Assembly (NCBI GenBank): GCA_965228855.1
Contig: CBDDIJ010000002.1
Coordinates: forward strand, 1,280,001 to 1,344,000
Length of the DNA stretch: 64,000 nucleotides
Direction: 5' to 3'
From: Candidatus Obscuribacterales bacterium
Lineage (GTDB): Bacteria > Cyanobacteriota > Vampirovibrionia > Obscuribacterales > Obscuribacteraceae
Positions 47,204 through 56,737 of this stretch are shown here, piece after piece (within the stretch, counting starts at the first letter, position 1; every line of letters begins with the position of its first letter). The notes below the pieces were generated by a model. The model was not told where the DNA came from, searched no databases, and saw nothing but the letters and a program-made list of their open reading frames with translations. A program made the translations under genes and the position numbers.

Positions 47204-48392
47204 CTTCGATCCGCGTCTGGCACCGTCCATCGGTGCCAACGAGGGGAATGAAGAGACGACGGCTCCCAAAGAGCCGCATTTTCGTGGTCTGCCGAACAAA
47301 GCGATCATCGCGGTAACGGTCGCACTGTGTCTTTTCGGTCTGATGGCTGTGTTCAGCGCTTCGGCTCCGGAGGCGCTCAACAATACTCACGATGCGACGT
47401 CGTATCTTCGCAAACAAACCATTGCCTGCATGCTTGGTATGTTCGCGATGTTCACAATCAGCCGGTACGACTATCGAAAACTTCGAAAATGGGCATGGCC
47501 GGTAGCGATTCTCTCTTTTATCGCTCTGGCGCTTACCCTTGTTCCAGGTCTCTCGACCGAAGCATTCGGCTCCGCTCGCTGGCTGCAATTTGGTCCTTTC
47601 CAATTCCAACCTTCCGAAGCCGCAAAAGTAGGGTCAATTCTGCTTCTCGCCTCGGGTCTGTCTAAACACTTCTGGTGGAAGAAGGAGATGATCATCAGGA
47701 TCGGGCTCGTCATGGCGATGGCCGCGATCGTGGTCAAACAGCCTGACCTTGGAAGCACACTGATGATTCTTTCCGGATTGGCTACTCTACTTTATGTGAG
47801 TGGTACCAATCAGATGTTGCTGTTCATGGCCCTTCTTGGTGGTGCCGGACTGGTCTGGCACAAAATTCAAAGCACGCCTTACCAGATGGCGCGGATTGAG
47901 AGCTGGATCAATCCATACGAGCATCCTCAGAAAGAAGGATGGAACATTATTCAGGCTCAGCTCGCTATCGGCTCTGGCGGGCTGCTCGGACTGGGTTATG
48001 GGCGTTCGCTGCAAAAACTGCATTATCTTCCCGTTCAGCACGCCGACTTCATTTTCGCGGTCATCTCCGAAGAGCTCGGCATGCTTGGCTGTATCTCATT
48101 GATTTCTCTGTTTATGATCTTTGGCTACTATGGCTTTAAAACAGCTCTGGAAGCCCGAACGTTATTTGGTCGTTTGCTGGCAATCGGCATTACAAGTTCG
48201 ATCTGCGTGCAAGCAACCGTAAACATTATGGTGACGACCGGTATTCTCCCGGTTACAGGCATCACGCTTCCGTTCATAAGCTACGGCGGAAGCTCGCTCG
48301 TCATCACCCTTTCCATGGTTGGCATTTTGCTCTCGGTCTCACGCGACCGCGACCAACCAGCGGAAGAAGAGGAAGAAGGTTTGTTAGCTTGA
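47148..48392 (+). CDS. ftsW: SEDS peptidoglycan glycosyltransferase FtsW
   Basis: FQPSE, KQPDLG, LPVQHADFIF, LPFISYGGSS; between murD and murG. Start uncertain (GTG 47148 or 47169). Confidence 0.93.
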   Translation: MSSKILSVQGSKRSRKQTNFDPRLAPSIGANEGNEETTAPKEPHFRGLPNKAIIAVTVALCLFGLMAVFSASAPEALNNTHDATSYLRKQTIACMLGMFAMFTISRYDYRKLRKWAWPVAILSFIALALTLVPGLSTEAFGSARWLQFGPFQFQPSEAAKVGSILLLASGLSKHFWWKKEMIIRIGLVMAMAAIVVKQPDLGSTLMILSGLATLLYVSGTNQMLLFMALLGGAGLVWHKIQSTPYQMARIESWINPYEHPQKEGWNIIQAQLAIGSGGLLGLGYGRSLQKLHYLPVQHADFIFAVISEELGMLGCISLISLFMIFGYYGFKTALEARTLFGRLLAIGITSSICVQATVNIMVTTGILPVTGITLPFISYGGSSLVITLSMVGILLSVSRDRDQPAEEEEEGLLA

Positions 48393-49606
48393 TCAACGGA
48401 ACCGAAAGAAGAATCATGGATGAGCAATCCCGGAGCGGAACAAGTTCGATGAACGGAACAAGTTCAAAGCCGAGCGGTGGACACCGTGTCGTTCTTTCAG
48501 GCGGTGGCACAGGTGGGCACGTCTACCCTGCCCTGTCCGTCTACGAGGTACTCGAGCACGACCCTTCTGTCGAAGCCATCCTATATATAGGTGCGCAAGG
48601 GCACATCGAGGAGCGCATCGCCAGAGAGCGAGGAATTGATTTTGTCGGTCTGAACGTTTCCGGTATGCCTCGGAAAAAATCGCTCGCGATTTTCAAATGG
48701 GTTTTCCAATCGCTGAAAGCGCAGGCGCATGCGAAAAAGGTGTTGCGCAAATTTCGGCCGACCGTAGTACTGGGCACCGGTGGATACGCATCAGCTCCCG
48801 CTCTGGGTGCAGCCAAAGAGCTCGGTATTCCGTATGCCATTCATGAACCTGATGCTTACCCGGGACTCGCCAACAAGTTTTTCGCCTCAACTGCCGGTCT
48901 GATTTCGCTGGGGATGGAAGGCGCTAAGGGCATTGCTTCGCGTGTTGGAAAGACCGTGGTCAACGGCAATCCGATACGTCAGGGCTTCATCAATAAAATT
49001 GGTCGTGATGCGGCTTGCGCGGTTTTCGGTTTTCGCTCCGATATTCCTACCGTAGTGATCACTGGCGGATCGCAAGGCGCCAAGGCGATCAACGAGAGCC
49101 TGTCGCAAACGATCCAGCGTCTCCTCGACTTCTCTCCACCGATTCAAATTGTGCATCAAGCCGGCGAGAAAAACATCCACGACGTCAAAGAGTCGCTCGA
49201 CGAGAACGTTCTCCTTCATCCGCGTTACTGTTTGCGAGCTTACTTCGATGATATGTCCATCGTCTATGCCGCTTGTGACCTCGTTGTCTGTCGAGCAGGC
49301 GCAATGACAATCTCTGAGTTATCGGCAACCGCTACGCCGGCTGTTTTTATTCCCTTTCCATATGCCGCTCAGAATCACCAGATGCACAACGCGCGTTTCC
49401 TTGAAAGTAAGGGCGCGGCCATGGTGATACCGCAAGAAGATCTGACACCGCAAAAGCTAGGCGATGTAATCATCTCGTTGTTTGCTGACACTGCTAAACT
49501 GCAGTCGATGAAAGCGGCGATGGGCGCTCTGGGAAAACCGAGAGCATCAGCCGATCTTGCCGAGCAGCTCAAAGCGCTCAGCGGTCAATACATGCAGCGT
49601 AAATAG
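48389..49606 (+). CDS. murG: Lipid I N-acetylglucosaminyltransferase
   Basis: GGGTGGH, GGYAS, GNPIR, GGSQGA, RAGAMTISE, HQMHNA. Confidence 0.97.
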   Translation: MINGTERRIMDEQSRSGTSSMNGTSSKPSGGHRVVLSGGGTGGHVYPALSVYEVLEHDPSVEAILYIGAQGHIEERIARERGIDFVGLNVSGMPRKKSLAIFKWVFQSLKAQAHAKKVLRKFRPTVVLGTGGYASAPALGAAKELGIPYAIHEPDAYPGLANKFFASTAGLISLGMEGAKGIASRVGKTVVNGNPIRQGFINKIGRDAACAVFGFRSDIPTVVITGGSQGAKAINESLSQTIQRLLDFSPPIQIVHQAGEKNIHDVKESLDENVLLHPRYCLRAYFDDMSIVYAACDLVVCRAGAMTISELSATATPAVFIPFPYAAQNHQMHNARFLESKGAAMVIPQEDLTPQKLGDVIISLFADTAKLQSMKAAMGALGKPRASADLAEQLKALSGQYMQRK

Positions 49607-49607
49607 A

Positions 49608-49850
49608 CTACTGAATGAAGGTGTTCTGGAACACGTTCGGCGGTGGAACCGTAATCTGAGAATTTGTTTGAACGTCACTGTTTTCGCCAAGTGAGATTCC
49701 GACTGCTTTGCGCTCGATGTCGGAGACAATCGCTTCGATTTCCCGAAGCATTGCGTTGGTTTCATGGTCTACGCCCTGGTGGCGGGCTACGACTTCCTTG
49801 AGCTGTGTGACTGCCTGATTGATTGAATTATTGCTGTGGGGAAAGGACAT
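49608..49850 (-). CDS. Small hypothetical helical protein
   Basis: 80-aa ORF with AGGA RBS, convergent with murG. Confidence 0.65.
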   Translation of the reverse strand: MSFPHSNNSINQAVTQLKEVVARHQGVDHETNAMLREIEAIVSDIERKAVGISLGENSDVQTNSQITVPPPNVFQNTFIQ

Positions 49851-50194
49851 TTTTCCTACCCTGACATTTTTTGTCGGTTTAAAGAAGTGAGACTTAGAAA
49901 CCCTATAAAAACACGAAATAGTGCTACGCCTTTTCAGGAGTTTAACACGGGATATGCGGTAGGCAAGCGCTTCATATGTATGAGACTAACTTAATTAATA
50001 CGCCTGCGAGCGCCTTGCTTGGCCGGTCTTATATCTGAAGAATCTCTCTTGTCAATATATGTTGTTCACATTCGTATTTCATTGCACATCCGCACCCAGT
50101 GCCATTTATGGAAGCTGAAATTGTTTGAAGTTCAAGCTTTCGCCTAAATTTCTGATTTCCGCTTACCCTAATAGTGGTGAACACGGAGAATCCA

Positions 50195-50521
50195 ATGCTT
50201 AAGCTTCTGTCCAAGATTTTTACTGAAAAACCGCCTGCGCTTGAGGGTGCTCAAGACGCCAATATCAGTCGCATGTCGCGCATGCGCCGCAAGACCGATG
50301 AGATTGCGATGATGGCAGAAGTGCTTCACGATCATGGAGAGCAAATCGAAGCGCGAAAAGATATACTTTCGAAGGCTCGCGATTTGGAAATCGGTACTTC
50401 GTTCAAAGGATATTCATCGCGAGCTAAGGACGAGAACGAACGCAGAAATGGTTCACTCATCAAGGATTGGCACGAACGCATCAGCCACTTGCCCGGTTTC
50501 GAAGTCGATCCCACTTATTAG
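50195..50521 (+). CDS. Hypothetical protein
   Basis: ATG 50195 with GGAG RBS; 108 aa. Confidence 0.7.
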   Translation: MLKLLSKIFTEKPPALEGAQDANISRMSRMRRKTDEIAMMAEVLHDHGEQIEARKDILSKARDLEIGTSFKGYSSRAKDENERRNGSLIKDWHERISHLPGFEVDPTY

Positions 50522-50576
50522 CGCCGCCGCTGGTAATGACTTTAGCGTGTCGGCACTTCGACGGAAGGACTGACAC

Positions 50577-51074
50577 GTGGACGTAATGTTTGTTCTGATT
50601 GTCACCGCGCTTGCAGTCTTAGGTCTGCTAGCGACGATTGGAGTGGTGGCGATTTTTCTGTTCGGCGTCGGCAGTTCAAAGAAACGAAAAGCTAGACGTC
50701 ATGCTGTTCTTCACGATAGCTGCACACGGATGAAGGCTGTGATCGCGGAGTTGCTTGAGCGAGTCAATGAACTTGATCAGCACTCTAAATTCATCGAGGA
50801 TCAGCGCGTTCAGTCTGCCACCAAAGACCGACTTGCGGTTGCGGCAACGGATCTGGTGACTGTCACTGATTGTCTGCCGACAATCGAGCAGCTGCTCGTC
50901 GAGAAGCGCTACGACGATGCCGCCGATGTGCTGTCGGCGTCGAGCCGGGTAATTGAAAAGGTCATGCGCATAATCGGTCAGGTACAAGCAGAGCCAGCGA
51001 TCAAAGCGTTGCCTGATGGAGTGACGCTTAAATTGCCGAAGTCTCAGGCTGCGTCGACGAAAAAGCAGGGCTGA
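50577..51074 (+). CDS. Membrane-anchored helical hypothetical protein
   Basis: N-terminal TM followed by basic stretch and amphipathic helices; AAGGA RBS. Confidence 0.75.
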   Translation: MDVMFVLIVTALAVLGLLATIGVVAIFLFGVGSSKKRKARRHAVLHDSCTRMKAVIAELLERVNELDQHSKFIEDQRVQSATKDRLAVAATDLVTVTDCLPTIEQLLVEKRYDDAADVLSASSRVIEKVMRIIGQVQAEPAIKALPDGVTLKLPKSQAASTKKQG

Positions 51075-51420
51075 CTTCCGGCGAAACCAGGTTGTATCGC
51101 GCGAGTTTCGCTAAGCAGATACTCGGACCGCTCCCCTTACACCAGGTAGTAATGCCACCATAAACGGTGCCAAGAAATTATTTGCGTTCTCTAAAGTTTT
51201 AAGCAAAAAAGTTCGTTCAAACCCTATCATTCGGGCACAATATTTGTAGAATGGAAGTAGAAGAAATTCATTCTGCGTACGTCGTTCAGCGAATCGCGCG
51301 ACGCTTTGCGTCCGTTTGATCGGTAGTCACGGTGCGACTTTTGTGCGTCTCGGCTTTGGCCGAGCGACTGTTTTGATGTGGGAATTTAGGTGCAAGTTGT
51401 TAGATTGAGAGGATATACCG

Positions 51421-52422
51421 ATGAGCAAAAAGAAAAAGAGAAATGCGAAAAAAATGGCTTCCACTCCCGAGATCGCGGCACTCAAAGATGCCGTAGTCGA
51501 GACGAGCGCCGAAGCTGTCGCAGAGGAAGTCGCAGCTGAAGCGCCGGAAGCCGAAACCGATGGTGCTAACACCGAAGACTCTGAGAACAAAGAATCTGAG
51601 GCGGAAGTAACCGAGGCGGAAGCCGCTTCAGAAGAGGTAAGTGAAGCGGCGACGGAAGAGAATTCTGAAGCCAAAGAAGAAAGTGCTGCTGCGGAAGACG
51701 CTCCGGAGGCGAGCGAGGACGTGAAGGATGGTGATGCGGAGGCCGCCGAAGAAACAGCTGAAGTGAGCGCGGAAGCATCTGATGATAAAGAGGAATCTTC
51801 GGACGCAAAAGAAGAGTGTTCCGGAGAGCAAGAAAACAAGGAAGAATGCTCCGAGGAAAAGGAAGAATGTTCTGAGCACAAAGAAGAATGCTCCGAACAC
51901 AAGGAAGAAGAATGCTCTGACTCGAAGGCTGATGACTCTGAATCCAGTGATGATGCGCCGGCGCAAGAAGCGGCTGGCGAGGAAACCACTGCGGAGCCTG
52001 TAGCCGAGGAGTCGGCGCAAGAAGAATCCGAAGCGGAAGCATCCACAGAGGAGAAGTCGGAAGAAGGCGCTGATGAAGCGGCGGAAACGACAGCCGAAGC
52101 GGAAGCGACTGCTGAAGAGAGTGGTTCGTCGGAAGAACCGGAAGCTGCTAAGGAAGATGATACAGAATCATCCGAAGAAAAAGCAGAGTCCGATGAATCC
52201 AGCGAGCCAACCGCCGAAGCAGAGTCTGAGGCAGAAGCGAAAGAAGAAGAACCTCCTTCGGAAAACGAGGCAGAAGCTTCTTCAGAAGATGTGAAATCCG
52301 AGTCCGAAGAGGAGGCAGCACCTGCTGCGGAAACTTCGGAGGAAGAAGCTACATCAGCGGATGCTGAGGCTGCATCTTCGGATGAGGAGAAGAAAGAAGA
52401 CGACGAGACGCAAGTCGCATAG
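51421..52422 (+). CDS. Highly acidic low-complexity protein with basic N-terminus and Cys/His repeats
   Basis: GAGGA RBS; E/D/A/S-dominated; KEECSEH repeats; downstream hairpin. Confidence 0.85.
   Translation: MSKKKKRNAKKMASTPEIAALKDAVVETSAEAVAEEVAAEAPEAETDGANTEDSENKESEAEVTEAEAASEEVSEAATEENSEAKEESAAAEDAPEASEDVKDGDAEAAEETAEVSAEASDDKEESSDAKEECSGEQENKEECSEEKEECSEHKEECSEHKEEECSDSKADDSESSDDAPAQEAAGEETTAEPVAEESAQEESEAEASTEEKSEEGADEAAETTAEAEATAEESGSSEEPEAAKEDDTESSEEKAESDESSEPTAEAESEAEAKEEEPPSENEAEASSEDVKSESEEEAAPAAETSEEEATSADAEAASSDEEKKEDDETQVA
51808..51918 (+). repeat. 21-bp tandem repeats encoding KEECSE(H/E)
   Basis: AAGGAAGAATGCTCCGAGGAA / AAGGAAGAATGTTCTGAGCAC / AAAGAAGAATGCTCCGAACAC plus two flanking partial units. 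Confidence 0.88.
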
Positions 52423-52454
52423 AGAGTTTCAATCGATATCCTCCAATTGGCATT

Positions 52455-52487
52455 GGGTGGCGCGCCTGGTACTTAGCGCCACCCTTT
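52455..52487 (+). terminator. Probable intrinsic terminator
   Basis: GGGTGGCGC...GCGCCACCC followed by TTT, between convergent genes. Confidence 0.6.
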
Positions 52488-52492
52488 GCTGT

Positions 52493-54046
52493 TTAGAAGA
52501 AATATGCGAAATAGATGCATGTGAGTGCGAGCAGTAGGAATATCGTGCCGAAACCGAACGCAACCTTTTTGGTTGTGTCATTGTCGAACATGCCGGCAAT
52601 CGCGTAGAAGAGCATGAACAGGAGAGCGAAGAAAATCACAAAGCGTGCAGTAATGAGCATCTGCACTAAACCCGCCCAAGCCGGCGCAATATCCAGAACG
52701 CAGACTTTCGAGATATCGCGGAGAAAGTTCAGCTTCGGTGCGGTCGGCTGTTTCTGTTCACCTTTTTCAAAGACCAGGTAAAACGGATCGCCGGTGCTTG
52801 TGGTGAAGAAGCGCGAGTTGCGATTGCAACCATGGATAACCAGCGTTTCCGGCACGCTCATATTTCTCTGATGAGAGATGTGTCCGATGTTGATGCAGCC
52901 TGGATAGAGCATAGGTTCGCCCGGCCAGAGCGCACCTTTCTGGATCGAGCCGAGAAAAGGACCAGGGTCGCTGTGACCGGGCGCTGTTACAACTTGAATG
53001 AGCGGGTAGTCGTTGCGTTGCGTGTACGGATTGAAGTACGTAAAATCGCCGATTTCAGTGATCTTGTCCGGATAAACTTTTCGCTTCTTGTAGTACCGAC
53101 TGGACATATCGGCTACATTCGCGATTTGCGCCAGCATATCGCGATCCATGTGGCGGTCGTGCAGGTAGGTGCGCTTCCCGTCGGTCAGACCATCCGGATT
53201 GCGGTGCAACCACAATTCCTTCTCGAACGGAAGGGACATGAGTAAGTCGCCGATTTCGAGCGGGCTGTAACCGTAGGTGCTAAACGGCAGCAAGACCTTT
53301 TCCCCATCGATCTGTGCTTCCATTTTTGTCGGTGAAACAAACTGCAGTTCAACACGGTTGTCGGCGGTGATGTAGCGAGTTGGTGAACCGGAGCCATCGA
53401 TGCCGGTCTTCGGTTGCGATAGTTCACTGTTGTGCTCGCCTGTATAAAGCATCTTCAGTCCGAACAATCCGCCGACCATTGCGCCGAGCAGCAAAAGAAA
53501 TACGAAAGTGACGATCAGTCCACCGGCCTTTGATACTGCCGCGCGCCACTGTTGCTTCTGTCGCTTCCAGTATTCGCCGAATGTCGCGACCTTTTCGTCG
53601 TATTCATCCTCTTCCGGCTCTTTGTCTTCGTCTACGGATTTGGCTGTGGTGCGAATATTCTTTACTTGCTGGGCTTTCTGAGCGCGCTCGGCGGTTGACG
53701 CGTAATGGTGCAGTTCCTTGACTTCCTTGGCGATATCGTGTTTGCCAAGGGTTTCGCACATCGTCGCGATGTTCATAACTGTGCGAGAGACGTCTGCGTG
53801 CGTGTGACCAAGCGCGCCGGTTTGCGCCTCCAGAAGCTGGAGCGACCAGTCGATGGCGGCGTCAAAGTCGCCTTTGTTCGAAGTAATCGTTACGAGGCTC
53901 TTGAGCGACAAGATTGCCAGGTGATGTTTCTTTTCCAGATTGTTCAGTGCGCCGACGAACAACTGCTCCGCGCGCTCCGGATTATCATCCTCGAGGGCTC
54001 GAATCGCTTCACTGAAAAGCTGGCTTCCGCGCTCTTCGCTGGTCAT
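52493..54046 (-). CDS. Membrane protein with N-terminal TPR-like domain
   Basis: TPR-like helices (ALGHTHADVSRTVMNIA), one TM, large loop, two C-terminal TMs. Confidence 0.8.
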   Translation of the reverse strand: MTSEERGSQLFSEAIRALEDDNPERAEQLFVGALNNLEKKHHLAILSLKSLVTITSNKGDFDAAIDWSLQLLEAQTGALGHTHADVSRTVMNIATMCETLGKHDIAKEVKELHHYASTAERAQKAQQVKNIRTTAKSVDEDKEPEEDEYDEKVATFGEYWKRQKQQWRAAVSKAGGLIVTFVFLLLLGAMVGGLFGLKMLYTGEHNSELSQPKTGIDGSGSPTRYITADNRVELQFVSPTKMEAQIDGEKVLLPFSTYGYSPLEIGDLLMSLPFEKELWLHRNPDGLTDGKRTYLHDRHMDRDMLAQIANVADMSSRYYKKRKVYPDKITEIGDFTYFNPYTQRNDYPLIQVVTAPGHSDPGPFLGSIQKGALWPGEPMLYPGCINIGHISHQRNMSVPETLVIHGCNRNSRFFTTSTGDPFYLVFEKGEQKQPTAPKLNFLRDISKVCVLDIAPAWAGLVQMLITARFVIFFALLFMLFYAIAGMFDNDTTKKVAFGFGTIFLLLALTCIYFAYFF

Positions 54047-54110
54047 CTTACAACTGTTAGTATCTCTGAACGTAAGCTAGTATAGCCTCTTTAAAGCCTA
54101 TTCCTAGTTT

Positions 54111-54803
54111 TCAATTCTCCGGGTTAATGGGCAGCACGAGACTGCCGACCGCTTCGCCGGATGGATGAACGGTTACGGGCAATGATAGCTCGGAGGGAAT
54201 GCTGACACTGAAGGGCAAATAAACTTTTCCGGTCGTTGATTCACCGGGAAACAGTGTGCGCTGGCCGAACCTGCGTTCAGCCAGCTTGCGTCTCTGCTGA
54301 TCGCGTCCGTAATAGGGAGTACCGTCATCTTGATACTGGGTGATCTCGTCTCCAATTGCTGGAACCGCTCCAGCTGACGCGAGCGAGATGGCAACTTCCA
54401 TGACATCTTTCGGAACCTGAGATTTCATCGGCGGTTTCTTAACGTCGTATTGTGATTGTGCAGGTTCTTCCACGCGACCATTGCGAACGACGGCCTGGTC
54501 GCCGGCGAAAACCAGAGCGCGTTTTCCTCTATTCACCAGATACAGTGTCAGGCTCTTTCCGTCGCTGTTCAAATTCACTCGACCCTGCAGTTCCTGCTTG
54601 GTTAATACTCCGGTCAGCACCGTCGGCGGTGCCTTGCTGGCCAATGGATCGTCATGCAACTTCTGACCGGAGTCATCGACTGTTGCAGCGGGAACCGGCG
54701 ATTGGCGAAGTTCGAGAGTTTGCGCAAAACATGGTGCCTGCAGGATTAAAAACACACCCGCTGTCGCCAGAGCAATCGTTCCAACTTTCAATACCGCTGT
54801 CAT
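54111..54803 (-). CDS. Exported hypothetical protein
   Basis: Signal peptide; LFPGESTTGKVY Ig-like strand motif; overlaps ABC ATPase stop. Confidence 0.75.
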   Translation of the reverse strand: MTAVLKVGTIALATAGVFLILQAPCFAQTLELRQSPVPAATVDDSGQKLHDDPLASKAPPTVLTGVLTKQELQGRVNLNSDGKSLTLYLVNRGKRALVFAGDQAVVRNGRVEEPAQSQYDVKKPPMKSQVPKDVMEVAISLASAGAVPAIGDEITQYQDDGTPYYGRDQQRRKLAERRFGQRTLFPGESTTGKVYLPFSVSIPSELSLPVTVHPSGEAVGSLVLPINPEN

Positions 54804-55498
54804 GACACCGTTCCCATCGCTATGTCCTCGAGTATTTTACCGTCTCTCACTTTGATTATTCGATTCGCTCTGCTTGCCGTTTCCGGATCGTGAGTGACGA
54901 GAATTACTGTCATCCCTTCCTTTACCAATCGCCCGAACAAGTCCATGATTTCGCTTGCCGTCGTGCTGTCCAATGCTCCAGTCGGTTCGTCTGCAAGAAG
55001 AATACTCGGTTTGTTCACGATAGCTCTGGCAATTGCCACGCGTTGTTGTTGTCCGCCCGATAGTTCGTTCGGCCGGTGATGCATTCTATTTTCCAATCCT
55101 ACTTCTTTGAGCGCAAGCTCAGCACGAATCTTTCTTTCCTTTCCGGGAATTCCTGCGTAAACAAGAGGGAGCATCACGTTTTTCAATGCCGACATGCTCC
55201 CCAGCAAATTGAATTGTTGAAACACGAAACCTACAGTTTTATTTCGGATTGTCGCCAGTTCATCATCGGTTCTATTCTCGATGTCGATGCCGTCGAGCAT
55301 ATAGGTTCCGCGCGTCGGTCGATCCAGACACCCAATGATGTTCATCAATGTCGACTTCCCGGAGCCTGATGTGCCTACGATCGCGGAATATTCCCCGTGC
55401 CGTATGGAGAGACTCACGCCCTGAAGCGCGTAGACCGGCTCTTCGGCGTCTTCATTGTAGATTCGCCAGACATCTTTTAGCTCAATGACATTCGACAT
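54800..55498 (-). CDS. ABC transporter ATP-binding protein (MacB/LolD type)
   Basis: [38 protein letters not shown]. Start set at ATG 55498. Confidence 0.96.
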   Translation of the reverse strand: MSNVIELKDVWRIYNEDAEEPVYALQGVSLSIRHGEYSAIVGTSGSGKSTLMNIIGCLDRPTRGTYMLDGIDIENRTDDELATIRNKTVGFVFQQFNLLGSMSALKNVMLPLVYAGIPGKERKIRAELALKEVGLENRMHHRPNELSGGQQQRVAIARAIVNKPSILLADEPTGALDSTTASEIMDLFGRLVKEGMTVILVTHDPETASRANRIIKVRDGKILEDIAMGTVS

Positions 55499-55506
55499 CG
55501 GAGCAC

Positions 55507-56733
55507 CTATTCCGATCTGAGCGCGACGATAGGATCGAGCATCGCGGCCTTTTTGGCGGGATAGATGCCGAAAAATAGTCCTATCGCGAGAGAAACGCAA
55601 ACCGACAGAATGATTGAAATCGGAGTGACCACAGTCGGCCATTCTGCAATATTCGATATAAAGTGAGAGCCGGACACACCAAGAAGAATGCCGAGAATGC
55701 CACCGGTGGTAGAGATGAGCACAGCTTCGATTACGAATTGGGCGAGGATCTGATTGTGCTTGGCGCCCAGGGCCTTGCGAACGCCAATCTCTCTTGTTCT
55801 CTCAGTGACGGAAACCAGCATGATATTCATGATTCCGATACCACCGACCAGAAGAGAAATTCCAGCCGTCGCTCCAAGCAGAAGCGAGAAAACACCTGTG
55901 ATGGACTGCGCTGTTTGCATGATGTCGACTTGCGTGCGAACCATGAAGTCGTCCTCTTCAGGGTTTTGAATGTTGTGGCGCAAGCGCAGAAGATTGGTTA
56001 TTTGAAACTGCGCTTGCCAATCCTCTCCGTCCTTTGACTGCGCAAGGATGTTTCTAACTGTCTTGCCTGTAACTTGATTCAAGCCAAACAGGGTCGCGTA
56101 GCCTGTGGAGAGCGGTATGAATATTTGATCGTCCATATCCATTCCCTGCGTCATGCCTTTCTTTTCCATGACGCCTATCACATCGAAAAGCTCGCCTCTG
56201 ATGAGAAGCTGCTTGCCGACAGGGTTTCCTTCGCCTATAAGATCGTTTGCGACGGTATCGCCAATGATGCATACGCGGGCGGCATCATCGAGTTCTCTCT
56301 TCGTGAAAAAGCGTCCTCGATCCGCGTAGAAGTTTCTGATATCGGGATAATTTGGCTCAGTCGCGTTGACCTGAGTCATGGTGTTCTTTTCGCCGTACTG
56401 CACCTGGAAGCTCTGGCTGTACTGCGCGGCTACCTCCTTGACCGCCGGGCAATTCTCCCTTATCGCGACAGCGTCGTCGTAAGTCAAAGTAGGAGAGTTT
56501 CCCTGACCCATCGAAATGCCCATGCTGCTCACTTGACCCGGGCGAATGTAGATCAGGTTGACTCCTAGCGATTGAACCTGTTTTTCAGCTTCTTGTTTAG
56601 CACCTTCACCGATACCGATTAAGGTGATTACTGAAGCGATGCCGATCAAAATTCCAAGCACGGTCAATGCGCTTCTCAGTCGATTGCTGAGAATCCCCTG
56701 CCATGCAACTGATAGAAGTTCGACTATGTTCAT
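55507..56733 (-). CDS. ABC transporter permease (MacB/FtsX type)
   Basis: RSALTVLGILIG, GGIGIMNIMLVSVTERTREIGVRKALGA, DPIVALR. Confidence 0.96.
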   Translation of the reverse strand: MNIVELLSVAWQGILSNRLRSALTVLGILIGIASVITLIGIGEGAKQEAEKQVQSLGVNLIYIRPGQVSSMGISMGQGNSPTLTYDDAVAIRENCPAVKEVAAQYSQSFQVQYGEKNTMTQVNATEPNYPDIRNFYADRGRFFTKRELDDAARVCIIGDTVANDLIGEGNPVGKQLLIRGELFDVIGVMEKKGMTQGMDMDDQIFIPLSTGYATLFGLNQVTGKTVRNILAQSKDGEDWQAQFQITNLLRLRHNIQNPEEDDFMVRTQVDIMQTAQSITGVFSLLLGATAGISLLVGGIGIMNIMLVSVTERTREIGVRKALGAKHNQILAQFVIEAVLISTTGGILGILLGVSGSHFISNIAEWPTVVTPISIILSVCVSLAIGLFFGIYPAKKAAMLDPIVALRSE

Positions 56734-56737
56734 GATC

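Noticed and set aside
51327..52046. Ser-rich minus-strand ORFs
   Set aside because: Antisense shadows of the acidic protein, which has the RBS and downstream hairpin.
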